This document shows positions 1 through 10,098 of a stretch of DNA of 64,000 nucleotides, one piece after another. The notes under the pieces are model-generated. The model was not told where the DNA came from, did not search any database, and saw only the letters and a list, made by a program, of their open reading frames with translations. Every line of letters begins with the position of its first letter. Position 1 is the stretch's first letter. This DNA is from an uncultured Gammaproteobacteria bacterium. GTDB lineage: Bacteria; Pseudomonadota; Gammaproteobacteria; GCA-002705445; GCA-002716945. The translations under genes and the position numbers were made by a program. The stretch spans positions 81,709-145,708 of the forward strand of contig CABYTF010000003.1 of the NCBI GenBank assembly GCA_902521725.1, given 5' to 3'.

Positions 1-1249
1 GAATTAATGGCCCTATATCTTTAAACTTAAGCTTTAGATCTTCACATGATGACTTAACACAGGCACTTATTGACGGCTTGTCATTGAAATCTATAGTAAA
101 AAATTTAGTAACAATATCTTTCAGTATTTTTATAGTCTGAGTTTTTTCATACTTAGCAATTATATTAAAATCGTAATGAATCTCATCCTGATAAAAATAT
201 GTAATGCTACTAGCAATATTTTTAAGAGAAAATTCTCTCTCAATTCCGAGAAGTAATATATTTTTTAGATAATCATCATTTGATACTTTATTTGGAAGAT
301 TTTGTTCTTGTAAGTATGGAAGTATCTGCTCTGCCACATTATCAATGTCGTCATTTTTTATATAGTATTGATTTAACCAGTTCAATTTATCAATATCAAA
401 ACATGCCGCAGATTTGGTAACCCGACCTAAATCAAAAAGCTCCAATAGTTCCTTAATACTGAAAATTTCTTTATCACCATGCGACCAACCGGTTTTGACT
501 AAATAATTTATCAAAGCATCAACTCTGTAACCCTCCCTGAGAAAATGATTTATATCGACTGCCCCATGTCTTTTGGACAATCTCTTACCATCGGTCCCAT
601 GAATCATAGGAAGGTGACAAAAGATAGGAACATTTGCCTCAAATGATTTGAAAAGATTTACTTGTACAGGTAAGTTACTTAAGTGATCATCTCCTCTGAT
701 GAGATGCGTTATTTCCATATCAATGTCATCTACTACAGACGTAAGATTATAAGTAGGTACACCATTTGATCTAAGAATTACAACATCAAAAAAAACTTTT
801 GGATCAAATTTTATTTCTCCGTGAACAGAATCACTGATGCTAATTATATTTTCTCTCTGATTCCTAAATCTGATAACATATCCTTCTTTGTTAAGCCTAT
901 TATCATAGGCAAGAGCTAAATCAGTCTCTCTTGTCTTTTCATTTTTCTCCACTTTGTCATAGTAAGCTAAATCTTTGTTGAGAAGTTCCTCAACCTTATC
1001 AATGTAGTGACTGAATCTCTGTGATTGATAAGTAATTTCATCATCATGTTCCAGGCCAAGTTGTTTGAGTGCTGAGATGATTGAGTCTTTGAATTCATCT
1101 GTACTTCTGGAAGTGTCCGTATCATCTATTCTAAGGAAGAATTTTCCTTTATTTTTTCTTGCATACAACCAGCTATATAGAGCTGTTCTAACACCTCCTA
1201 TATGAAGCCATCCAGTGGGACTAGGTGCAAATCTTGTGTTTACTGTCAT
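1..1249 (-). CDS. gltX: glutamate--tRNA ligase (5' part of gene; continues beyond window start)
   Basis: Manual minus-strand translation from ATG at 1249: MTVNTRFAPSPTGWLHIGGVRTALYSWLYARKNKGKFFLRIDDTD... The class I aaRS HIGH motif and a KMSK-like motif (LSKR) are present. The ORF stays open to the window edge. Its ATG overlaps the pmbA stop (ATGA). Confidence 0.8.
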   Translation of the reverse strand, partial: MTVNTRFAPSPTGWLHIGGVRTALYSWLYARKNKGKFFLRIDDTDTSRSTDEFKDSIISALKQLGLEHDDEITYQSQRFSHYIDKVEELLNKDLAYYDKVEKNEKTRETDLALAYDNRLNKEGYVIRFRNQRENIISISDSVHGEIKFDPKVFFDVVILRSNGVPTYNLTSVVDDIDMEITHLIRGDDHLSNLPVQVNLFKSFEANVPIFCHLPMIHGTDGKRLSKRHGAVDINHFLREGYRVDALINYLVKTGWSHGDKEIFSIKELLELFDLGRVTKSAACFDIDKLNWLNQYYIKNDDIDNVAEQILPYLQEQNLPNKVSNDDYLKNILLLGIEREFSLKNIASSITYFYQDEIHYDFNIIAKYEKTQTIKILKDIVTKFFTIDFNDKPSISACVKSSCEDLKLKFKDIGPLI

Positions 1250-2574
1250 AAGGTCATCTTAAAATTATCTACTACTGCTCCAGGCAATCTAGCACTTGAT
1301 GTTGATCTTTCTTCATATGTTCCAGAATCAATCAATAATTCTCTGTTTGATGTGAGACCTATTAGGTTTTCACCAAGCATACTATATACACTGTCATCAA
1401 AACGCATAGTATTTATAGGGGCTGTAAGTTGACCATTCTCTACTACAAAACACCCGAACCTAGTTAACCCAGTCATCCTTGCATTATTTCGATCAGAAAA
1501 GTTTAGATACCAGAGATTACTTATATAGAGTCCATTATTGATTGTGCTTAAGATTGCATCATCATCGATAGCACCTGCTCTCATATCAATAGAATAGGGA
1601 TACTCAGAGATACTTGATGCATTATGAGCCACCGAGTATTCAAGAGATGACCGTGGAGAAGTTAGAGATTCAGTAAACTCTCCGTCTTTGATCATATTTA
1701 TTACGTCTGGCTTTATAAAGCCATCAGAACTGAAGTTAGCAGAAATCCCACCTTTAATGTTTTCATCAATTGATACTGAAGCATGGAGTGTTTTTTCGCC
1801 TTTACTCAATAAATGCAATGGGCTTGTCCCAATTTTGTTTGCTTTATAGCTAAATCCTCCCCAAGACATCATGTCAATTATTTCATTTAATGCTGACGGT
1901 TCTAAATATACCGTGTATTCACCTTTTGGTATGGTCCTAGGTGATTGGGATAATATTTTGAGTTTTTTGATTCCTTGGTCAAGGTTAGTTTCAAATTCCT
2001 CATTATTCCATTTTTTGGAAGAATAATTTAACTTTATTGCATTATTATTTTCATTATATATCGAATAATCAAAACTGAAAGAGTAATCACTATGCCAATT
2101 AAACTGACCTAATGAATTGGCTAGCCCTGTGTAAATATAGCCTGACGAATATATTCCTACTAGATCTAAGCTCGCAATCTTTGGGAGTATATAATCTAAA
2201 TTCTCTTCATCATTAATGTACTTTTTATCATCAGAAACCTCAGTCGATTGAACAGATTTTGAGAATAACAAGTAAGGGTCTTTTGGTAGGTCAGGAAGTT
2301 CTCTTCTCAAATAATTAAGTGTTTTTATAAGAGTTGATAGATCTTTATCGAAACTACCGTTTAATCGAACATAGGATTTCAAATTTCTCTTATCACGATT
2401 CGAAAGGCTAAGAGACATTGATATTTGCTTAACATTGCCAGGTTGTCTAATTTTTGCTTTATTCAATCTAACAAAATTTGAGACCTCAGCATCAAAATTG
2501 AGTATTAAAAATTCGTCTTTTTGAATATGCTTAAATAATTTCTGAGCTATATTTTCAAAATAATCTCTCATCAC
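1246..2574 (-). CDS. pmbA: PmbA/TldE-family metalloprotease partner
   Basis: 442 aa with TldD/PmbA-family length and composition. It lacks the HExxxH motif and directly follows tldD with a 4-bp overlap. Confidence 0.7.
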   Translation of the reverse strand: MMRDYFENIAQKLFKHIQKDEFLILNFDAEVSNFVRLNKAKIRQPGNVKQISMSLSLSNRDKRNLKSYVRLNGSFDKDLSTLIKTLNYLRRELPDLPKDPYLLFSKSVQSTEVSDDKKYINDEENLDYILPKIASLDLVGIYSSGYIYTGLANSLGQFNWHSDYSFSFDYSIYNENNNAIKLNYSSKKWNNEEFETNLDQGIKKLKILSQSPRTIPKGEYTVYLEPSALNEIIDMMSWGGFSYKANKIGTSPLHLLSKGEKTLHASVSIDENIKGGISANFSSDGFIKPDVINMIKDGEFTESLTSPRSSLEYSVAHNASSISEYPYSIDMRAGAIDDDAILSTINNGLYISNLWYLNFSDRNNARMTGLTRFGCFVVENGQLTAPINTMRFDDSVYSMLGENLIGLTSNRELLIDSGTYEERSTSSARLPGAVVDNFKMTL

Positions 2575-4004
2575 TCCCCACCAAAAATATCAATTTCTCT
2601 GAATAAACATGGTGGTGTAGCATGACCGACGAAAATAGTTTGATTCGGCTCTCCCTTTCCACAATTTGCTGTGCCTAGAATAGAAAAAGATGTTTCATCC
2701 CCTACCATAGATAGGTTATGCCAAAATTCTTTTGTAATTCCTCGATAGTTTGGATTTTTTGTTACAGATTTTAGTTCACCATTTTTAATAACTGTTCCTT
2801 TCTCGCAACCAAATTGGAATTTATTTCTGTAATCATCAATTGACCAAGAATTATTCGTTTCAAGTAAAATGCCATCTTCCACAGAAGCTATCATTTCAGA
2901 AAATGATGACTCTCCTGGCTCAAGATTTATATTTCCCATCCTATCAATTGGAGGTCTATTCCAACTTGTTGCACGAGAGCATGCCACATAATCTTGATTA
3001 ACTCTTTGAGAAGAATAAAAGCCTCCGATTGGTCTCTCCAGTATTCCGTCTTTGATAAGATATTTTTTAGTCGCAGCAGTTCCATCATCGTCATAATTAT
3101 ATGTCGCTAGCTCAGATTCTTGGTTTGGATTGAATGAAATATTTAATTTATCAGATCCATATTTATACTCTCCAAACATATCTAAGTTCACAAAACTAGA
3201 TCCGGCATAGTTTCTCTCATCGCCCAGTATTCTATCTAGCTCAAGTGGGTGTCCAATTGATTCATGTATTTGAAGAATCATTTGATCGGGGGCGATTAAT
3301 GCATCCATTTTAGAGTCAGGGCAATTAGGTGCCATTGATAACTCTATGGCATCATTCGCGATTTGCTCTGCTTTTGTAATTAGATCTGAGTCTCTCAGAA
3401 AATTGTAACCAATCTGTCTAGCATGGGCATGACCACCGAATGTTCGCGTTTGTATTTGTTTCTTATACTCAGCACATGCAACCAGCTGCGGCAGAATATA
3501 TGATATGTTTTGTCTGATATCGCTGCCGTTCGTATCAGTAAAAAGTGTTTCAATCTTATTATATCTGAAGCTAGCCCCCCAATTAGAAATTGTAGGTTTT
3601 GATTTGAGGGATTTATTAATCTGCATGAGGTAATCAACTTTATCTTTGTTAGACTCCTTCGCCCAGCTATCCTTTTCGTGTGTAAAGTATTTACCATCGT
3701 CTGTTCTCATAGAGGGAGGGTGTGGCACATGTACTAATTTTCCTGATGAATACTCTGCCCACTTTTTTGCTTCCTCGATAGCTTTTAGAATTCCCTCGCG
3801 TGTGAGATCACTACTTGCACCATATCCGTAACCTCCATTATGAATTATGGTTACCATTACCCCCTCATCTTCTAAAATTTCTATAGGCTCAAGAACATTT
3901 CTTGTGACAGAGACAATATTTGTGTATTTGTTCACAAATCTAAACGAACAATAGTCAACACTGGGAAAATAAGCACTTATCTGTTTGAGAAATTCGTTTT
4001 TCAT
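2571..4004 (-). CDS. tldD: TldD metalloprotease
   Basis: 477 aa. Contains the HESIGHPLELD zinc-binding motif (HExxxH) typical of TldD and has the expected family length. Confidence 0.8.
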   Translation of the reverse strand: MKNEFLKQISAYFPSVDYCSFRFVNKYTNIVSVTRNVLEPIEILEDEGVMVTIIHNGGYGYGASSDLTREGILKAIEEAKKWAEYSSGKLVHVPHPPSMRTDDGKYFTHEKDSWAKESNKDKVDYLMQINKSLKSKPTISNWGASFRYNKIETLFTDTNGSDIRQNISYILPQLVACAEYKKQIQTRTFGGHAHARQIGYNFLRDSDLITKAEQIANDAIELSMAPNCPDSKMDALIAPDQMILQIHESIGHPLELDRILGDERNYAGSSFVNLDMFGEYKYGSDKLNISFNPNQESELATYNYDDDGTAATKKYLIKDGILERPIGGFYSSQRVNQDYVACSRATSWNRPPIDRMGNINLEPGESSFSEMIASVEDGILLETNNSWSIDDYRNKFQFGCEKGTVIKNGELKSVTKNPNYRGITKEFWHNLSMVGDETSFSILGTANCGKGEPNQTIFVGHATPPCLFREIDIFGGE

Positions 4005-4022
4005 GATTTAACAAGAAATACA

Positions 4023-4997
4023 TTGTATCATTTAAGTGTAATTATGCATAAAATTTATCCACTCATAGAAAGCACTGACTTTCCACATATAGAGAGAGAT
4101 GACCTTAATATATTACAGGTTAATCTTGGTTATAAATGTAATCAGAGATGTCTCCACTGTCACGTTAATGCTGGTCCTAATAGGAAAGAAATGATGGATC
4201 TGAAAACTATCAATGAAGTGATAAAATTTTCAGTAGATAATAATATCAAAATAATCGATTTAACAGGTGGTGCACCAGAAATAAATAAGCACTTCAAATA
4301 TATTGTCCAGACTTGTAAAGAAAATAATATCCATATCATCGATAGGTGCAATCTAACAATCCTTGAAAGTGAGGGCATGAGAGATCTACCAAAATTTTTA
4401 GCAAAACATAAAATTGAGATAATTGCTTCACTACCTTGTTATATTGAAGAAAATGTAAATTCCCAACGTGGAGAAGGTGTTTTCAAGCAAAGCATCGAAG
4501 CGTTGAAAAAACTTAATTCACTTGGATATGGAAAGGATGAGGAATTAATATTGAATTTAGTCTATAACCCACAAGGCCCTGAATTACCACCAGAGCAAAG
4601 TAAACTGCAAGTCGACTATAAAAATTTTCTTGGTGAAAAATATAAGATATTTTTTAATAAACTTTATACAATTACAAATATGCCAATTAGTAGATTTGGA
4701 AGTACATTAGTCAGTAAAAAAATATTCCATGACTACATGAGTCTACTCAAGAATTCTTTTTCTAGCTTAGCATTGAAACAAGTAATGTGCAGAGGGCTCA
4801 TCAGCATAGATTATAATGGCTATGTTTATGATTGTGACTTCAATCAGATGCTTGATATGCCTCTGTCTGGTAAAAGAACCCATATATCAGAAGTTAATAT
4901 GAAAAGCCTCAAAGGAAAAAAGATTGCGACAGCTGACCACTGTTATGGTTGTACTGCTGGAACAGGAAGTAGTTGCTCTGGATCTTTAGTTCAATAG
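4023..4997 (+). CDS. radical SAM/Cys-rich domain protein (ArsS-like, rSAM-selenodomain family, Cys form)
   Basis: N-terminal CNQRCLHCHV (CxxxCxxC) radical SAM cluster motif preceded by LQVNLG. C-terminal Cys-rich tail HCYGCTAGTGSSCSGS. Followed by the GT2 and DUF2064 genes that habitually accompany this family. Confidence 0.7.
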   Translation: MYHLSVIMHKIYPLIESTDFPHIERDDLNILQVNLGYKCNQRCLHCHVNAGPNRKEMMDLKTINEVIKFSVDNNIKIIDLTGGAPEINKHFKYIVQTCKENNIHIIDRCNLTILESEGMRDLPKFLAKHKIEIIASLPCYIEENVNSQRGEGVFKQSIEALKKLNSLGYGKDEELILNLVYNPQGPELPPEQSKLQVDYKNFLGEKYKIFFNKLYTITNMPISRFGSTLVSKKIFHDYMSLLKNSFSSLALKQVMCRGLISIDYNGYVYDCDFNQMLDMPLSGKRTHISEVNMKSLKGKKIATADHCYGCTAGTGSSCSGSLVQ

Positions 4998-5669
4998 ATG
5001 AAATTTTCTATTATTATACCCACTTTAAATGAAGAACAAGCACTCAACACTAGCCAGAAGAGTTTAATCGCTTTAAAAAACAAATTAAATGCTGAAATCA
5101 TTATTGTTGATGGAAAAAGCGATGATAACACAACGCCTTTAGCGAAATTAGTTGCTGATAAGTTTTATGATCAATCACCCTCCAGATCAGGCCAGCTGAA
5201 TAAAGGTGCAAGTCATGCTAGTGGCGATTACCTAATATTTCTACATGTTGATACATACATAAATCTGAGAGGATTAGAGGAAATACTGAGTATTGATGAT
5301 GACTTCAATTGGGGATTTTTTAAAATAAGGCTGGATGATTCTCAATTAAAGTATAAATTTCTTTCTTATTGTATAAACCTCAGAAGCAAGATATTTTCTT
5401 ACTCTACTGGAGATCAAGTACTAATTATTAAAAAAGATTTATTTGATGACATCAAGGGTTATCTTGATATTAATTTGATGGAAGACGTAGAAATCACATA
5501 CAGATTAAAAAAAATATGCAAACCAATTTTATTCGAGGGAAATGCTATTAGCTCTCCAAGAAGATGGAAGAAGAATGGTTTTTTTAAAACTATTCTTCAG
5601 ATGAGGATTTTGAGAATGCTCTACCATTTAGGTGTTTGTACAAATAAATTAAATAAATTGTATAAATGA
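4998..5669 (+). CDS. family 2 glycosyltransferase (rSAM/selenodomain-associated transferase 2-like)
   Basis: N-terminal FSIIIPTLNEE GT-A fold start with DGKSDD and DxD-like motifs. Start codon abuts the rSAM stop. Confidence 0.7.
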   Translation: MKFSIIIPTLNEEQALNTSQKSLIALKNKLNAEIIIVDGKSDDNTTPLAKLVADKFYDQSPSRSGQLNKGASHASGDYLIFLHVDTYINLRGLEEILSIDDDFNWGFFKIRLDDSQLKYKFLSYCINLRSKIFSYSTGDQVLIIKKDLFDDIKGYLDINLMEDVEITYRLKKICKPILFEGNAISSPRRWKKNGFFKTILQMRILRMLYHLGVCTNKLNKLYK

Positions 5670-6250
5670 AATCAATTGTCCATATCTTATCAAAGAATCC
5701 TGATTTATGTGAATGCAAAACACGGTTGAGAGATTTTTTGTCTAACAAAGAACGAGTTTATTTGTCAAAAACTATGTTGACGATGTTATGTTCCGAAATG
5801 AATGAAATTGATGTATTTAAGCTATTGCATTTTTATCCGAGTAATCAAGGAAAGTTCTCAAAAAAGTTATCACAAAGATTTAATATTAACACTACAAGAC
5901 AAATATCAGGCTACTTAAGTGATAAAATATTTTCGGCATTAGATAATACCGACGAATCATACCAAAAAAGAATATTAATAGGGTCTGATGTACCCTCGCT
6001 CTCAAAGCATGATATTAAAGATAGTATTTATTACCTAGATACGTGTGACGTCGTTATAGGACCCTCTAATGATGGTGGATTCTATCTTGTAGGTACGAAA
6101 AATAATTCACACTATATTTTTAAAAATTTAAAGCTTAACAAAATTTCAAAACAGGATATTTTTAGTCTTTGCTCTAGAGAAAAGTTAAGTTTCAAAACAT
6201 TAAGAGTATTGAAAGATATTGATGTTCCTAAGGATCTGCTACTTTTGTAA
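5666..6250 (+). CDS. DUF2064 protein (rSAM/selenodomain-associated transferase 1-like, nucleotidyltransferase fold)
   Basis: Shows KTRL, GSDVPSL (GxDxP) and GPSNDGGFYLVG (DGGY-type) motifs characteristic of DUF2064. 4-bp overlap with the upstream GT2. Confidence 0.65.
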   Translation: MKSIVHILSKNPDLCECKTRLRDFLSNKERVYLSKTMLTMLCSEMNEIDVFKLLHFYPSNQGKFSKKLSQRFNINTTRQISGYLSDKIFSALDNTDESYQKRILIGSDVPSLSKHDIKDSIYYLDTCDVVIGPSNDGGFYLVGTKNNSHYIFKNLKLNKISKQDIFSLCSREKLSFKTLRVLKDIDVPKDLLLL

Positions 6251-6251
6251 C

Positions 6252-6998
6252 TTACTTTTTGTGAAGATCATTTAGTTTTGTATATTTAAGATAGGTATTG
6301 AACATTGTAGTCACTGCGACTTTAAATCCGTTTTTTCCCTGCAAAATACCTCCTTTGATAAAGAGTTTTTTAAAAAATGCAAATAATGCTCTTGTGATGG
6401 GGCGAACATCTGATGGCATCACACCATCTTTATAAAGCTGTCTAGCGCTCATTGAACTTCTGAAGTTCATTTTATCCACCCATTCTGCCATCGACTCATA
6501 TGTTGTATGGACAATATGGCAATTAGTTTTTAGGGTATTATTACTAATTACGGCAGCGTGGTCTGCTCTTGAATCATAGTTAACTCTGCTTTTGTCATAG
6601 AGTCGTGTCACATAATCTGGATAGAAGCCCGCTGCTTTTATCCATTCATCACCGCAATAATTCTTCCTTCTAAATGCAAAGCTATCATAGCTGGTATTAG
6701 ACAAGTCTGTCTTTTTGATAAAATCAATCAAATCCTGGTCAAGGTACTCGTCCGCGTCTAAACTAAAAATCCAGCTATTGGATGCAAAATTAGAAGCCTC
6801 TTTTTTTTGAAGTCCATCGCCAAGAAATTCCTGAGTATAGACTTTTACTCCAGCAGATTTTGCTATATCTCTAGTTGAATCAGTGCTTTTTGAGTCAAGA
6901 ACGATTATTTCATCAGAAATATTTTTTAAACTTTCAATAGCACGAAGGATATATTTCTCAGCATTCAACGTGATAATTGTGCCTGTTATTTTATTCAT
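6252..6998 (-). CDS. family 2 glycosyltransferase (LPS core-type)
   Basis: N-terminal IITLNAEKYILRAIESL...DSKSTDST GT2 signature. Lies in the heptose/LPS-core neighbourhood. Confidence 0.65.
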   Translation of the reverse strand: MNKITGTIITLNAEKYILRAIESLKNISDEIIVLDSKSTDSTRDIAKSAGVKVYTQEFLGDGLQKKEASNFASNSWIFSLDADEYLDQDLIDFIKKTDLSNTSYDSFAFRRKNYCGDEWIKAAGFYPDYVTRLYDKSRVNYDSRADHAAVISNNTLKTNCHIVHTTYESMAEWVDKMNFRSSMSARQLYKDGVMPSDVRPITRALFAFFKKLFIKGGILQGKNGFKVAVTTMFNTYLKYTKLNDLHKK

Positions 6999-8086
6999 TT
7001 TTCGCTACCCATTATCAATTCCTCGAATTTAACAAAGTGTTTATCATAATCATATCGCTCATTCGCAAACTGAGAAGCTTTATTTACTAACTGTTTAGTT
7101 GATTCTTTTTTTTCTATTATAAAATCAATTCTTTTTTGAAGATCTGTATAGTTTTTTGATTCAAAGAGTAATCCATTTTCTTGATGATTTATAATCTCAG
7201 GTACTCCGCCAGCATTGCTACCTATTACAGGAACTTCCATCATCATAGCCTCTGCAACAATTAAACCAAATGTCTCTTCGTAGGTAGGAAGTATTATCAA
7301 ATCGAAACAAGGCATGTATGACATGGGGGAATCTACAAAATCAATAAAATGAACATGATGATGTATATTAAGACGTAATGCATCGTCTTGAAGTCTCTGT
7401 TTATATGAATTATCCATGGAGTATCCAATAATACATAACTGTATTTCATGCTCACTCTGAGAAATCGCATTCAACACAAGATGTTGCCCCTTTTGCTCTT
7501 CAATTCTTGAGAATACACCAATCAAAAATATAGAATTATCTAGATCGTTATCGGAATAGAATTTTTCCTTATCTACTAATGAATCTTTTGATGGTATATT
7601 TATTCCATACTCCAACACATGAATTTTAGATTTGTCAATTGGTAAATAATCACATGCTTCATAATATAGTTTTTTGGTTATAACTAGAAAAACATCAATA
7701 TTACTATATACAAATTTATGGTAAAGATCTCTTTTTGGGCGAGATATCTTCATCTGCCGATAAAATACAATTTTAAGATATTTTTTTGAAAATACTTTTA
7801 AAAGAATTGCCAGAAATAGATCTTTAGACCAGCTTACATGAATTATATCTATATCTTTATCGACTATGTATTTTCTTAGCTTAAGGAAATTTAAAATATT
7901 ATTGATAAAGCCTCTAGGGTTACACTCTAACTTATTCTCAATAATATTTTTAGTAATATATGAGTTTCTTGTGCAAGCGACAAATAAATTATCATTGTTA
8001 TAATATCTAGCAAATTTCAGAAAATATAGCTCTAGTCCACCCTGATCTGGAGACATACATAGAGCTAGCATCTTATTCATAATCAT
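6995..8086 (-). CDS. family 4 (GT-B) glycosyltransferase
   Basis: C-terminal EETFGLIVAEAMMMEVPVIGSNAGGVPEII matches the GT1/GT4 EX7E-type region. Confidence 0.7.
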   Translation of the reverse strand: MIMNKMLALCMSPDQGGLELYFLKFARYYNNDNLFVACTRNSYITKNIIENKLECNPRGFINNILNFLKLRKYIVDKDIDIIHVSWSKDLFLAILLKVFSKKYLKIVFYRQMKISRPKRDLYHKFVYSNIDVFLVITKKLYYEACDYLPIDKSKIHVLEYGINIPSKDSLVDKEKFYSDNDLDNSIFLIGVFSRIEEQKGQHLVLNAISQSEHEIQLCIIGYSMDNSYKQRLQDDALRLNIHHHVHFIDFVDSPMSYMPCFDLIILPTYEETFGLIVAEAMMMEVPVIGSNAGGVPEIINHQENGLLFESKNYTDLQKRIDFIIEKKESTKQLVNKASQFANERYDYDKHFVKFEELIMGSEK

Positions 8087-8172
8087 ATTTTTCTAAATCA
8101 TTATAATCTTAATAAACTATTAAGGACAAAGAATAATTTGTAAGTAGTAGAATTTATTGGTGTAATAAAGAA

Positions 8173-9126
8173 ATGAGAAAACTCTTAGTTGTAAGAAATG
8201 ATAAGCTAGGTGATTTGATTTTGATCTTACCTGCCCTAAAGTTGATAAAATCCTCGTGTTCTAATATTCAAATTGATTGTTTAGTCGATAAGAAATACTC
8301 CGAAATAAGCTCAATAACGAAATATATTGATGCTACTATTTATGATGATACGAATTTAGTAGAAGTCATAAATAATAATAATTATGACTTTTCGATCTCT
8401 TTTTACTCTTCATTTGTTACTAGTTACAAATTATGGCTTTCAAATATCCCAAAAAGATATGCGCCTGCAACAAAACTTGCTCAGATTTTTCACAACAAAA
8501 AAATTAAACAAAATAGATCGCTGTCACTCAAATCTGAGTATGAGTATAATAATGCTCTTGCTAAATTTTTTCTCAAAGACAACTTCTATAAGATCCTACC
8601 AGCAGACAATTCTTATATATCATTAAATGAAAAAAGTATATCGAGTAAAAATAAGATACTGATTTTTATTCATCCATTTACTGGTGGATCCTCAAAAACT
8701 CTGTCTGGAGATGATTTTATTCAGCTTTGTTTTGAACTAGATAGGAATGTAAATTGTAAATTTATTTTGCATTGTGCTACTGACGATTACGTTAAATGCC
8801 AAAAACTAGCAGAAAAAGCAGAGGGACTAGATATAAGTACTATTGATCCTACAAATAACCTGATTGAAATGTACAAAAATATAAATAGTTGTGACTTGTT
8901 TATTGCAGGGTCTACAGGACCGTTACATGTTGCAGCATCATTGAATAAGAAGACTGTGGGTTTTTATCCATCGAAGCAGTCATCGACTTTAGTCAGATGG
9001 GATACGATAAATGATAGGAAAAATAAATTAACCTATAGTGATACTGGAAATGATAAGAATTTTATAAAAGTTGATCTTAAAAAGATAGCAAATGAAATCA
9101 GCAGGGATTTACTTAACCAATTGTAA
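8173..9126 (+). CDS. GT9 heptosyltransferase-family protein (WaaC/WaaQ-like)
   Basis: N-terminal RKLLVVRNDKLGDLILILPAL and C-terminal GSTGPLHVAASLNKKTVGFY are GT9 hallmarks. Confidence 0.55.
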   Translation: MRKLLVVRNDKLGDLILILPALKLIKSSCSNIQIDCLVDKKYSEISSITKYIDATIYDDTNLVEVINNNNYDFSISFYSSFVTSYKLWLSNIPKRYAPATKLAQIFHNKKIKQNRSLSLKSEYEYNNALAKFFLKDNFYKILPADNSYISLNEKSISSKNKILIFIHPFTGGSSKTLSGDDFIQLCFELDRNVNCKFILHCATDDYVKCQKLAEKAEGLDISTIDPTNNLIEMYKNINSCDLFIAGSTGPLHVAASLNKKTVGFYPSKQSSTLVRWDTINDRKNKLTYSDTGNDKNFIKVDLKKIANEISRDLLNQL

Positions 9127-10098
9127 AATTGAATTCTTTACGTTATCTACGGTTATATTGTTTAAACAATTCATGTGTCCTAGAGGACAAGTTTTTTTGA
9201 AACATGGACTACAGTTTAAACTCTCATAGTGGGTAATTTTTTTTTCGTCACTTAATAGTGGAGGTGTATAAATAGGTGATGATGATCCATAAATCCCAAC
9301 AACTGGTTTATCTAAAGCTGCTGCCACATGCATAAGACCAGAATCATTTGAAACAACACAACTCGATAACCTTATAATGTCTAAAGCATCAGTTATGGAA
9401 GTTTCGCCAATAAGATCTGATACATTGCTGCTTCCAAGTTCTTGGATATATTTGCTAATAGATTTATCTAATCCCACAAAAATCACTTGATGCTTATCGC
9501 TTATAGTTTTAGCTAAATCAATCCATTTATGGACAGGCCATTTCTTTGCTGGTCCAAATTCCGCATCAGGGCAAAAAACAACATAGTCTTTCTTGAGACT
9601 AAACTTATGATTCAGAGAGTTTTCGCTAACTGTCGACATGATTCTCGGCTTTAGTCTTGGTTGATATCTCTTATTAATGAGATTGAGATATCTATTTACC
9701 ATGCCCTCTTTACGATCTATTGTTTTTACTACTTTATTGATAAGTCCGTACCTAAACTCGCCAAGGTAGCCTATTCTCTTTTTTATTTTAGCAACAAAGG
9801 GAGTGATAGATGATTTAAAACTGTTGGAGAGAATGTAGCATTCTGAATATTTTTTTTCTCTAAGTTTTAATCCTAGCTTAATTCTATAAAAGAGTGATAA
9901 TTTACCATGCCGTGTCTTAGAGACAATAAGTTTAGAAACATTAGGTAGACATTGAGCAAGGTCATAAAGATTCTCATTAACTAATAAGTCTATTGTCACA
10001 TCTTTATTAATCTCTTTTAACGCATTCAATAATGTAAGGCTCATAACTAAGTCTCCAATCCATGCAGGCGCAACAATTAGAATCTTCGAGTTACTCAT
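9109..10098 (-). CDS. waaF: ADP-heptose:LPS heptosyltransferase II
   Basis: ILIVAPAWIGDLVMS, REKKYSECYILSNSFKSSITPF and RYGLINKVV align closely with E. coli WaaF. The C-terminal DSGLMHVAAAL...GIYGSSSP region also matches. Confidence 0.75.
   Translation of the reverse strand: MSNSKILIVAPAWIGDLVMSLTLLNALKEINKDVTIDLLVNENLYDLAQCLPNVSKLIVSKTRHGKLSLFYRIKLGLKLREKKYSECYILSNSFKSSITPFVAKIKKRIGYLGEFRYGLINKVVKTIDRKEGMVNRYLNLINKRYQPRLKPRIMSTVSENSLNHKFSLKKDYVVFCPDAEFGPAKKWPVHKWIDLAKTISDKHQVIFVGLDKSISKYIQELGSSNVSDLIGETSITDALDIIRLSSCVVSNDSGLMHVAAALDKPVVGIYGSSSPIYTPPLLSDEKKITHYESLNCSPCFKKTCPLGHMNCLNNITVDNVKNSILQLVK

Noticed and set aside
1202-1432. 76-aa plus-strand ORF spanning the gltX/pmbA junction
   Set aside because: It lies antisense to the well-supported gltX 5' end and pmbA 3' end and has no recognisable motifs. 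It is typical of spurious ORFs in AT-rich DNA.
3395-3831. Two ORFs inside tldD (3395..3697 minus, 100 aa; 3646..3831 plus, 61 aa)
   Set aside because: Both are embedded in the tldD coding region. The tldD frame carries the conserved HExxxH motif, so these are out-of-frame and antisense artefacts.
4023-4997. Selenocysteine (in-frame UGA) and SECIS element in the rSAM/Cys-rich gene
   Set aside because: The ORF reads through to a TAG stop with a Cys-containing CYGC tail and has no in-frame TGA. This is the Cys form, so no Sec recoding is proposed.
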